Source of the DNA: a virus
Direction: 5' to 3' (one strand)
DNA: 64,000 nt
Virus record (IMG/VR): IMGVR_UViG_3300033148_002122
Span: 52,753 to 116,752 of that record
Under the pieces are notes generated by a model that did no database searches, was not told the DNA's origin, and saw only the letters and a list, made by a program, of their open reading frames with translations. This document shows, one piece after another, positions 55,494 through 64,000 of the stretch. Within the stretch, counting starts at the first letter, position 1. The number at the start of each line of letters is the position of its first letter. The position numbers were made by a program, and so were the translations under genes.

Positions 55494-58400
55494 CTAGCCT
55501 CCTATTGTACAGCTTTCACTGTCGCAGTATTCCTTTAATCCCTCATTATTTTCCTGTATAATTCCAGAGAAATCTAATTCACTAATTTTATTAGACATCT
55601 CTGTATATTCTTCTTGAGTTATGGCCTCATACGGGGCATCGGTGTACCCATGATCCCCTAAAGGCAAGAAACTCAATGACTTAACTCTGTCTTCATACAA
55701 CTCAAGTGCCCTACCTATGTCATCCCCTTCTTCTTTCTTAAACGTGGTTGTGTTACTCACAGCATTGTCTGCCCAGAATTCTTGCATTTTTGCTATATTT
55801 TCTAGCTGTTCCCACATCGTAACATCATACTTACTCTTGCTAAAATAAGGTTCTTTTACGGGAACGTCAATAACTACTGTGTTTTCGGGATCAGTGTAAT
55901 AGTCTCTAACTGTGTATCCTGCTTCAATAATGGAGGGCAGTAACACAGATTCCTTTGAAACAGTTATTCTCCTTATATAGTATTCAGATTCTGGATAGTG
56001 TATTCCAGGTGTAGCACCGGACAATAGACTAACAGTTCCACTTGGCTTAACTGTTGTAACCTTTAGACTTCTGGGGATACACAGCCAGTTAGAAAATTGT
56101 TTGTCAAGCTTTTTTATCCAGCCATAACCACGGTCACACCAATCTAGTGTTTCACGTATTCCATGTCTATTGAATGACTGAATTACACCACCTAGGCCCA
56201 AACCTATTCTTCTATTCTTAAGCATTCGGGCATTGGTTTCAGGCCAGTGAGTTTTTGTCAAGGTTACAGTTTTACAGTAGAGATAGGCTAGCTTAAGAGT
56301 TCTCTTAAACTCATCGTATGAATCGTGATTGGCTGGGAAGATTTCTGCTAAGTTGCACAATTCCGATGACTCAAGGAAAATCTCACCACATTGCAAGTTG
56401 TTTAGATACAACCACTTACGTTTTCCGTTAACTTTTGTACTAGCAAATCCACCGACAAAGAAGTTATGAAATTCGTCTACTGTTCCGTTATAGACTGTAT
56501 CCTTTCTCACAAGCTCCACAGACACAACGCGATGATTGAATGTCTCCGCTGCCGAAACTAGTCCCTTCCAAGAAGTGAATGGACTTCCTTTCCTAGCATT
56601 TTCTGGAGTTACACCTACATCTTTACAAGCTTTCCTCCACTCAGACTTTAGGGGCTGTCTTCCTAATTCAAACTTAACCTTTGTGAAAACAGATAGCTGA
56701 TCTTTCCGAAGAGTCTCTTTCCTATTTTTAAAAGCTTTATGTTGTCCCTTTCTCCTGTTGGCAATATGGCGGTCATTTGAGTTAGAACTAAGTACACCAC
56801 ATTTGACACACAAAGATTGTTCTCTTCTGCTGTAAGTAAGAATGAGTTTTTTCTCACACTTCTCGCATGTTTTTATGATTTTGACATTATTTCCAACAAA
56901 CTCACAATTGTACCCTTCACTTGTCCATTGCATATACTTTCTTACAGACCTTGGGTCTTTGTCACTAAATGTTTTAAATCCACAAACTGCCGCAGCGTAC
57001 TTCCCTAATCCTAGAATTCCACCTAGATGCTTTTCCCTCCATCCTGAAAAGTATTGAGGTAGACTATTCTGTTTAGCGTACTCCGTCCACTCTACCCGTG
57101 AAAATCTTCTACCTAGATCATGAGTTAAAATAATCGCGTGTTCTTTTAGCTCATCGTTAGTTACTCCTGAATATCTACCATTTAACTCCCCTGAGACTGA
57201 CTCAGACATGTTGTCATGGTACTGCTTCCACTTTTCATCAGACCACTCATGGCGTGCCCTTCGCATGGGGTTGTTATCGCCTCGTATCAACTCACCGTGT
57301 AGCTTATCATGATCTTGCTTTGTCATGATTTCTAGATTATCAGGAAAGTTGTTTTGAGCGTTTCGATCCTTATGGTGAACCACAGAACCTCTTGCTATGG
57401 AAATATTCTTATGAAATTCAATAATAGGTCGATGCTCTGTTCTGTTTCTCTCTGTAACACCGTTGTTTAGCCATAGATAATTCTGACTATTAGAGTTAGA
57501 CTTAGGGAAGATGTCTTTAATTGAAGCTTCAAACTTAGTTAGAATACGGAGGCTCTCTCCAGACTCCAATTCACTAGCTTTGACATAACCTCTATCATTA
57601 GTAAGAAATTTATGATCTTTGGTTACATCAAGGAAGTTGCCATCGTCTAGTGTAACCCTATAGATATCTTGATCATAGCCTGTAATCCTAGGATTCCTCA
57701 TGTATCGAACTTCTAGCTTTTCATTATCCCTATAACAGAATACAGGAACATCTATACCTTCTTCAGCAAGTACTTTGATGGGAACATTGCCTCTGCCGTC
57801 TGCGACATACACTAGTGTATCGCCCGACACACAAGGATTTGTTCCCTTAATCTCAGAATCTTCACAAACTTCACCCATTCGCCCATATCTTTTAGCATTC
57901 TCAAGCCATTGGTATCCTGGTTCACCCTGTTTCTTAGTATTCTCTACAAGATGTGTATAATTCATACCAATACCACAGGCTACGCTGTTGTTACTGCCGT
58001 ATCTGTGGCTTTTTAGCTTATCTTGGTCATGCTTTAACGTAATGTATTCTTCATCATGTGGGCTTCCCAGAGCCAGGGCAGCAGATCTACGAACATTACC
58101 AGCCACAACACATTTTGATATATAGTTCTCAAGATCAACTATATCACCAGATGACAAGGTTTCACCAATTCTTTCTGATAGGTGCTTGTCTATATTTTTA
58201 TGCAATTCAATCAGTGGCTTGGATCCGCTAGATGTTCCACCAAATCCTTTTATTGGTAGTCCTTCTTTTCTAATCTCGCTGTAATCAAATACAGGAATTG
58301 ATGAGCCAACAAAGTATCCAGACAAAATTAATCCTAGGGATTCAACCCAGCCTTCTCTACTGTCTGGAATTATGAAAGTAAGTTCACCGTTTGATTCTTT

Positions 58401-58928
58401 TGGTTCTTTAACCTTTAGCTTATCTGCTCCAAGAGTATCAAACCCAACACCAACACCAAGCATAAGGGCATCCATGATAAACTCATAGATATCCCGTCCT
58501 TTTAAAACTATATCCTCAGTACTAATCATCGCGCAGTTAAATAACCCAGCAGCAGTTCTATTACTTACGTAGTCAGAACCCATCATCCACAAGCCCCTGC
58601 CTGGGGGCAAGAACTTAAACTTCCACATAGCCTCAAACATAGCTTTTGCCGTGCGTTGTGCCCGTGAGTCATCCCAGGTTAATCCATTTTCTATAACATG
58701 ATCTTTTTGTAGTTGAAAAACTCCTTCTACGACTCTGCGTAGTGTTTCCCAATACTCTTCTGTTTCTCCATTTTCTTTTCTTCTTGAGTACCTAGTTTTA
58801 TAAGTGAGGTATCCAACCGGACCCCACTTAGGCTGTTTACCATCATATTGATTAACCCACGTATCTGATAGGTAAAATCTTCTATATACCTGTTGAACCA
58901 AATCCACCACTTCCTCTCGCAGTATCAT
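55494..58928 (-). CDS. nrdJ: Class II (adenosylcobalamin-dependent) ribonucleotide reductase with an intein
   Basis: PPGRGLW, FNCA, GVGVGFD, VVAGNVRRSA, GTNP|CGE, TTVKPSGT. The start may be the GTG at about 58907-58910 after GAGG. Confidence 0.9.
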   Translation of the reverse strand: MILREEVVDLVQQVYRRFYLSDTWVNQYDGKQPKWGPVGYLTYKTRYSRRKENGETEEYWETLRRVVEGVFQLQKDHVIENGLTWDDSRAQRTAKAMFEAMWKFKFLPPGRGLWMMGSDYVSNRTAAGLFNCAMISTEDIVLKGRDIYEFIMDALMLGVGVGFDTLGADKLKVKEPKESNGELTFIIPDSREGWVESLGLILSGYFVGSSIPVFDYSEIRKEGLPIKGFGGTSSGSKPLIELHKNIDKHLSERIGETLSSGDIVDLENYISKCVVAGNVRRSAALALGSPHDEEYITLKHDQDKLKSHRYGSNNSVACGIGMNYTHLVENTKKQGEPGYQWLENAKRYGRMGEVCEDSEIKGTNPCVSGDTLVYVADGRGNVPIKVLAEEGIDVPVFCYRDNEKLEVRYMRNPRITGYDQDIYRVTLDDGNFLDVTKDHKFLTNDRGYVKASELESGESLRILTKFEASIKDIFPKSNSNSQNYLWLNNGVTERNRTEHRPIIEFHKNISIARGSVVHHKDRNAQNNFPDNLEIMTKQDHDKLHGELIRGDNNPMRRARHEWSDEKWKQYHDNMSESVSGELNGRYSGVTNDELKEHAIILTHDLGRRFSRVEWTEYAKQNSLPQYFSGWREKHLGGILGLGKYAAAVCGFKTFSDKDPRSVRKYMQWTSEGYNCEFVGNNVKIIKTCEKCEKKLILTYSRREQSLCVKCGVLSSNSNDRHIANRRKGQHKAFKNRKETLRKDQLSVFTKVKFELGRQPLKSEWRKACKDVGVTPENARKGSPFTSWKGLVSAAETFNHRVVSVELVRKDTVYNGTVDEFHNFFVGGFASTKVNGKRKWLYLNNLQCGEIFLESSELCNLAEIFPANHDSYDEFKRTLKLAYLYCKTVTLTKTHWPETNARMLKNRRIGLGLGGVIQSFNRHGIRETLDWCDRGYGWIKKLDKQFSNWLCIPRSLKVTTVKPSGTVSLLSGATPGIHYPESEYYIRRITVSKESVLLPSIIEAGYTVRDYYTDPENTVVIDVPVKEPYFSKSKYDVTMWEQLENIAKMQEFWADNAVSNTTTFKKEEGDDIGRALELYEDRVKSLSFLPLGDHGYTDAPYEAITQEEYTEMSNKISELDFSGIIQENNEGLKEYCDSESCTIGG
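56391..57833 (-). mobile_element. Intein (481 aa) with an HNH-like endonuclease region, in nrdJ
   Basis: Begins CVSGDT; block B 'VTKDHKF'; 'VVHHKDRNAQNNFPDNL'; block F 'VYNGTVDEFHNFF'; ends NNLQ before extein Cys. Confidence 0.9.
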
Positions 58929-59325
58929 CTAGCTCATCGCTAGGCTCAATTATTATTAGTGGAACGGGAACAACTAGCATCTGAGCTATTTTGTCGCCTT
59001 TCTTAAATGTTACAGGCTTGTCAATGTTGTTGTTTTCAAACGCTACCTTGATTTCTCCACGGTATTGTGAATCAATTACTCCAGCAACAACTTCACATCT
59101 TGCGTTTGTTGACACACCACTTCGATCCCATATAATACCACACCATCCATTGGGTATTGCCAGGGATAACCCTGTACATACCTTACAGCTTCCGTTAGGA
59201 TCTATAATAGCGTCTTCATCAGCAAACAAGTCCAATCCAGCGTCAGTTACATACGCTTTTTCAGGTAGTTTTGCCGTATCAGTAAGTAATTTACACCTGA
59301 TAGTAACAGATTGTATATCAGACAT
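58882..59325 (-). CDS. dut: Trimeric dUTPase
   Basis: AGLDL, RSG, GVIDSQYRGE, IAQ, RGSGGFGSTG. Confidence 0.95.
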   Translation of the reverse strand: MSDIQSVTIRCKLLTDTAKLPEKAYVTDAGLDLFADEDAIIDPNGSCKVCTGLSLAIPNGWCGIIWDRSGVSTNARCEVVAGVIDSQYRGEIKVAFENNNIDKPVTFKKGDKIAQMLVVPVPLIIIEPSDELDDTARGSGGFGSTGI

Positions 59326-59342
59326 ATCAACCCCTTTTCTTC

Positions 59343-59972
59343 TTAACTGTTTTTTTTCTTTTTCTTTGATGTCTTTTTTCGTCTAGACTTTAGGTTTATG
59401 CTATTATCTAGCAGTACCTTTTCGATGTCAACAGACTCAAAGATAGTTCCATTATATTTTTCACAGAAATAAATTACCATACCAATTGTGTCAAGCACAT
59501 GTGGATTTACCACTTCTTCCTTACGGGTTATATTTGTATTAACCAGTTTTTTTATGAGTAGTTCTTTCTGTGCATCATTTATTTTAGTTTTATTTGCTTT
59601 GGCTTTCTTATAGTGATCCCTAAGTATGTAGTACTGCCAACTTCTTGGTGCAATAGTTAGGTATCCCCTGCATCCAGAGTTTACTATGGCTCCCATGAGT
59701 GCGCCAAATATCTTAGCCAATGCGTGGCTTGTACTGGCGTTGACTCTTACTATAGGTGGATCCTCAATAAGAACTATGTAATTACCTTGTATTAACCCCA
59801 GTATAAACTTTGCATTAATTTCCAGGTCATAGTCGTGTTTTAACACACCGTGGTCAACTACTCTTATTTTTTTATTAGGTGTTATTGTACACACAGCCCA
59901 TCCAGTATTCCTGCACCCAGGATCAATAGATAAGATTGTTATCCCTTGTTTATTATTCGTAGAAATCGTCAT
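59343..59972 (-). CDS. ruvC: RuvC-like Holliday junction resolvase
   Basis: ILSIDPGCRNTGWAV, VLIE, PRSWQ, HVLDTIG. Confidence 0.75.
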   Translation of the reverse strand: MTISTNNKQGITILSIDPGCRNTGWAVCTITPNKKIRVVDHGVLKHDYDLEINAKFILGLIQGNYIVLIEDPPIVRVNASTSHALAKIFGALMGAIVNSGCRGYLTIAPRSWQYYILRDHYKKAKANKTKINDAQKELLIKKLVNTNITRKEEVVNPHVLDTIGMVIYFCEKYNGTIFESVDIEKVLLDNSINLKSRRKKTSKKKKKNS

Positions 59973-60129
59973 CTAACTCCTTATCGTCAATGTCTTCATA
60001 GTCTTCCCAATCGTCTTGGTTAGATCTAACGTAAGGTTGCTTAGGCTTGTTGCTTTTCTTCTTTTTCCTATGAGAACGATCATCTTCAGGACGAAACTTT
60101 GGTAGTTTATCCTTGCTCACATCTACCTC

Positions 60130-61098
60130 CTACTTGAGCCAAAAATCAAAATCAGTAAGTTTTTCATCTTCAAAAATTACATACGGTCTTTCGTTCTTTA
60201 TCATTATGAAACCAGGAACCCACATTGGATGCGTTGACATCTGGTAGGCAAGGTATTCTTGTTTATTAGGATCTGCTAGACAACCACTTTCGGCAACAAA
60301 ATACTTACCCGATATATGAGTAGTTACTAGTGCGTGATGTGAGTGGGCGCTTATTACGTTCATCATGTACTTAGTACACAGATCTCTAGGAATATTACCA
60401 CGAATTCTGGAATAGTTTTCAGGGTGACAGATTAGTGTGTCCTCATACTCATCTCCTCTAACAAACATCATTGGATAATTTGATATATTTATGTTAATTC
60501 CTTCGTCTGCAACCTGTTGAAGTACCATTCTAAACATGGTTTTAAATGGAAGCTTCTTTTCTAGCTTTGTCTCTGAACGAATATCGTGATTACCACTGAT
60601 GATATCAATGGTAGTAAATTGTTCTCCGCATTTATTTAAAAATGCTGCACCAATATCTAGCTCATACTCTGTGTCATAGGCAGATATATTGTTAAGACTC
60701 TTGAATCTAGATAATCCTTTGAAGTCAAATAAATCTCCAGCAATTCTAAGTCTTTGTATACCATGTCTTTTAGCCAAGGCCAGCATTTTATTAGCCAACT
60801 CATGGTTATAGAATGGAAGGTGTACATCAGATATAACAATTGAGTCTTCGTATTCAAAGTCCATTATATCCGTATACTCCTCAACAAACGGAATGGGAAA
60901 ACCCTCATACTCTGGATCTAGCGAAAACTGTCCGTGTTTTGCAGCAAATCTGCTTGCGGCTTTCCTCAAAGCGTTTGGCGTTGCCATAATTTTATACTTA
61001 TTAAACACAAAATCAGATACAGTTGCCCATGTCATTTCTGGGCTATGTTCTTTTAGACTTACTATTTCAGCTAATAGTATATCACTATAGTTATTCAA
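60130..61098 (-). CDS. Calcineurin-like metallophosphoesterase with an N-terminal HTH-like extension
   Basis: SDVH, GDLFD, GNHD, H, AHSH. Confidence 0.85.
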   Translation of the reverse strand: MNNYSDILLAEIVSLKEHSPEMTWATVSDFVFNKYKIMATPNALRKAASRFAAKHGQFSLDPEYEGFPIPFVEEYTDIMDFEYEDSIVISDVHLPFYNHELANKMLALAKRHGIQRLRIAGDLFDFKGLSRFKSLNNISAYDTEYELDIGAAFLNKCGEQFTTIDIISGNHDIRSETKLEKKLPFKTMFRMVLQQVADEGININISNYPMMFVRGDEYEDTLICHPENYSRIRGNIPRDLCTKYMMNVISAHSHHALVTTHISGKYFVAESGCLADPNKQEYLAYQMSTHPMWVPGFIMIKNERPYVIFEDEKLTDFDFWLK

Positions 61099-61107
61099 GT
61101 TATCTCC

Positions 61108-62418
61108 TTACTCTAATGATGCCGATCTTATTTCTCTAAAGGTCTGTACGTTTTTTATGTTCCTGGTAGTTATTTCTCCTATTGGTCCGTTTCTATACTT
61201 TGCCAGTGTAACCGTAGTCTCTGGCTCTGCATTTCTACGCTCCTCTCTAGGGGCAAACAGGAACATAACTTGATCAGCGTTAGACTCCAGTTCACCGCTG
61301 TCTCTCAAGTCACTAAGTCTAGGCTGTGACTCGTCTTCACGATCATCAATACCACGCTTAATCTGAGACAATAACATAACTGGAGTATGAATTTGCCCAG
61401 CCAGAATCTTTAGCATCCTTGCTACTCCACCAACTTTTTCATTACGGTTTCCAGTAACTAAATCATTGTTAACTAACTGGGCGTAGTCAACAATAATTAA
61501 ACCAAGTTTCTTTTCCAAGAACTTTAGTTTCTTTGCCTTGGCTAGAATGTCACTAAGGTTTACTGTCTGGGAATCATCAATAAATAACTTCCACTTAGAC
61601 ATTCTTTCAATCGTTGTCTTAATGTGTGTCCAATCATTAGCATCAAGTCCTTCACCAGTTTTTAAGTTTACGCTGTTGATTTGAGTAAGATGTGACAGAA
61701 TTCTATTAAACATCTGTTGTTTACTCATTTCTAACGAAAATATAACAACTGGCATCCCCATTTCTAGGTTGACAACTGCTGTCTGGAGTGCCCATTGTGT
61801 CTTACCCATAGATGTGGCTGCCGCTACAATACACAAATCATTATACTCTAGTCCACCCACTATAAAGTCATCAATTGAAGTATTTGTTATAGGACCATGA
61901 TTCACAACTGGTTTTCCATGAGAAGCATTTTCTCTAACATCGTCTAGAAACTTACTATACTCAGCCAAGTCAGCAACTAGGTTTGGCATGGCATCAGTGT
62001 CAGAAGTTAGCTGGATATCACTCAGCTTGCTTCCGTACTGTTCAACAAGTGCTTGTCCTGATGTCTTACCCTCTTCAACTTCGTATACAATGTTGTTACC
62101 AACATCTTTTAATTCTCTCAAAAACTTAACGTCATTCAACGACTTAACAAGAGATAGATACGATTCTCCAGGTGTACCACGGTTTATAATACTCTGGAGT
62201 GTACCCTGCTTATCTATTTCAGAAGAAAATATGGAAGGCACAATTATAGTTGTGCCCTCCTTATATTGACTGAGTATAAATCTAAAGATTTCCCTATGTA
62301 CCGGATCGCTAAAAGAGTTTTCTCGCAAGGCTATATCGTGACGAAACATTGTTTCTGGATTTCTAGACAGAATAGACAGTACATCAGACTCTGCCTCTAC
62401 GTTGTATAGATTTCTCAT
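61108..62418 (-). CDS. dnaB: Replicative helicase
   Basis: AAATSMGKT, FSLEM, IIVDYAQL, LSQ, SDLRDSGELESNAD, KYRNGPIG. Confidence 0.95.
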   Translation of the reverse strand: MRNLYNVEAESDVLSILSRNPETMFRHDIALRENSFSDPVHREIFRFILSQYKEGTTIIVPSIFSSEIDKQGTLQSIINRGTPGESYLSLVKSLNDVKFLRELKDVGNNIVYEVEEGKTSGQALVEQYGSKLSDIQLTSDTDAMPNLVADLAEYSKFLDDVRENASHGKPVVNHGPITNTSIDDFIVGGLEYNDLCIVAAATSMGKTQWALQTAVVNLEMGMPVVIFSLEMSKQQMFNRILSHLTQINSVNLKTGEGLDANDWTHIKTTIERMSKWKLFIDDSQTVNLSDILAKAKKLKFLEKKLGLIIVDYAQLVNNDLVTGNRNEKVGGVARMLKILAGQIHTPVMLLSQIKRGIDDREDESQPRLSDLRDSGELESNADQVMFLFAPREERRNAEPETTVTLAKYRNGPIGEITTRNIKNVQTFREIRSASLE

Positions 62419-62729
62419 ATGTTCTTAAAAATATCTCCTACGTTAATCTTGTCTGGAATGTCAACGCTATTAAGTAACTCTTTCTTGGCAATGCCCTGAA
62501 AATAGTTAAGAATTTCACGCATATTTCTAAGTTCAGGTTTCTTGCTCCAGGTTAGCACAGCTAGTGAAAACTGTTCAACTGCTCTCTTCATAATATCCAC
62601 GCCATAAATTTTACACATCTTTCTCACTCTGTTATAGTGTGAGGGTGTAAACTCAGTAAAACCAAGTTCTGGTATTACTTTCTCAAACAAATCTGCTAGT
62701 ATTTCATTATACTGATCCCTCAGATTCAT
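62415..62729 (-). CDS. Hypothetical protein coupled to dnaB
   Basis: ATGA overlap with dnaB. Confidence 0.55.
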   Translation of the reverse strand: MNLRDQYNEILADLFEKVIPELGFTEFTPSHYNRVRKMCKIYGVDIMKRAVEQFSLAVLTWSKKPELRNMREILNYFQGIAKKELLNSVDIPDKINVGDIFKNI

Positions 62730-63555
62730 TATCAGTCTCCTTTAATTTTTCTGTAAGTGCCATAACCTCTCCTGTACCTAGTTCTTTCATCTTTGATACA
62801 GGTCTGCCCAACACTTCTGGACAGATAACATATAAGTCAGGTGCCTTCATCTTATGCTTTTTCATCACTACCTTTAGAGCTATTAAGGCATTTGTGTGCG
62901 TAACTAGGTCATCTTCTTTCAAGATAACTGGTGTTTCCTCTGGCTTTTTGGCCTCTGGTTCCGACTTACTATTTTTAATTACCTTCTTTATTTTCTTGCC
63001 TGACTTTTCGTTAGCAAGAGGATCAGAAATAAACTGACTACCTATTCCTATGTCAATTCCACATCTCTTTTTGGCATCAGCTTCCGCATTCTTCCACAGG
63101 GAAAGCACACCCTCTGCTGATAGGTCATACATTTCTTCACTAGGAATCTCTGAAATAGGTAAGCCCCTAAAGCCTTCCTTAAATCCTTTATTAGATAGGG
63201 ATTCAACGCCTTCTCTGATTATGTTAAACCCACACATTGGAATAACAAGCATTTCTCTAACTATAAAATGGTAGTCAATACCATCAAGTACCTTGTCAAC
63301 TCTGCGGGACAATTCAATAAAGTTGAATTCCGTGTGTCCAAAATATAGGTTAAGCAGGTTAATAACCTGTGTGATAGACACGTATTTATAGGACTCGTCT
63401 GGTGAATCCTGCGGAATAATTTCATTAATAGCGGCCTCAAATCCATCCATTGCCCCAGTTTCTAGCGTCTTATAATATAGGCTACTGGCTATTTCATTCG
63501 CTTCATAATCAGTATACTGAAGCCTCTCCCATACTGTTTCATACATTTTCTGCAT
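62707..63555 (-). CDS. Rad52/Sak-like single-strand annealing protein
   Basis: 'YKYVSITQVINLLNLYFG...REG...WKNAEADAKKRCGIDIGIG'. Confidence 0.65.
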   Translation of the reverse strand: MQKMYETVWERLQYTDYEANEIASSLYYKTLETGAMDGFEAAINEIIPQDSPDESYKYVSITQVINLLNLYFGHTEFNFIELSRRVDKVLDGIDYHFIVREMLVIPMCGFNIIREGVESLSNKGFKEGFRGLPISEIPSEEMYDLSAEGVLSLWKNAEADAKKRCGIDIGIGSQFISDPLANEKSGKKIKKVIKNSKSEPEAKKPEETPVILKEDDLVTHTNALIALKVVMKKHKMKAPDLYVICPEVLGRPVSKMKELGTGEVMALTEKLKETDNESEGSV

Positions 63556-63913
63556 CTCCTCTTCTTAATACAAAAGATTGTAGCCCGTATTTCCTGGCTA
63601 GTTCAATCATCATCTTAGTTCCTCTGCTATTATTGTATGACAGGGCAACCAAGACATCTCCGTACTCAGCCATCTGTATATTCCTGAGATATCCTGCTTT
63701 TTTCCCGTGGGTATCCCAATCGGCTGGGAATTTCCTTACCGGGATTCCGTACTGGGCTGCAAACTGTTCGCCCATACGGTCCACGCCATAGGCACACCCA
63801 GATACTACCTCTGTAATTCTGGATATACCCAGGTTACTAAATGCTTTTTCAACAGCGTATTTAACATCTTCGTAGGTAAATCCCTTGCGACTACCTGCAA
63901 TAATTACCTTCAT
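63539..63913 (-). CDS. SLOG/YspA-like (DUF2493) protein
   Basis: IIAGSR, VVSGCAYGVD, ADWDTHGKKAGYLRN.QM, SRGTKMMI. Confidence 0.85.
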   Translation of the reverse strand: MKVIIAGSRKGFTYEDVKYAVEKAFSNLGISRITEVVSGCAYGVDRMGEQFAAQYGIPVRKFPADWDTHGKKAGYLRNIQMAEYGDVLVALSYNNSRGTKMMIELARKYGLQSFVLRRGDAENV

Positions 63914-64000
63914 AGAAAGTCACAGGTTTTAATCTTGGCAATAATTCTTCTACCCGCTCTGCTAAACATTTCAATTTCTGGACGGATAACTAAGCCTTCA

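Noticed and set aside
58882-58928. Programmed frameshift fusing dUTPase to NrdJ
   Set aside because: dut ends at its normal motif V, and nrdJ has plausible overlapping starts (GTG after GAGG); no slippery site is evident.

Overview
Part of a large AT-rich dsDNA bacteriophage genome read in the standard code. The + strand (1-24042) is a run of very large virion/tail-type genes: a coiled-coil fibre, a beta-helix spike, an S8-protease/FN3/TIM-barrel protein, a PA14-containing hub and an FN3/propeller protein. A GT2 - nucleotide-sugar dehydrogenase - B12 radical SAM - nadE cluster follows directly. From 28.1 kb to the end nearly everything is on the - strand: more sugar enzymes (GT4, HldE-type kinase, GT9, GT47-like, RmlD, DegT), replication/recombination/nucleotide genes (Cas4-like, DnaQ-like, primase, thyX, recA, intein-containing nrdJ, dut, RuvC-like, dnaB, Rad52/Sak-like), a GC-rich mosaic island, eight tRNAs (all U34, including Ile-UAU), candidate structured ncRNAs abutting tRNAs, and exported carbohydrate-active proteins. 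The strongest unexplained signal is a heavy enrichment of the tripeptide D-S-T (also D-T-T) in the first four structural proteins. It matches the Bacteroidota O-glycosylation sequon and, with the phage's own glycosyltransferases, suggests a sequon-directed virion glycosylation system. All calls come from motif recognition by eye; no searches were run.
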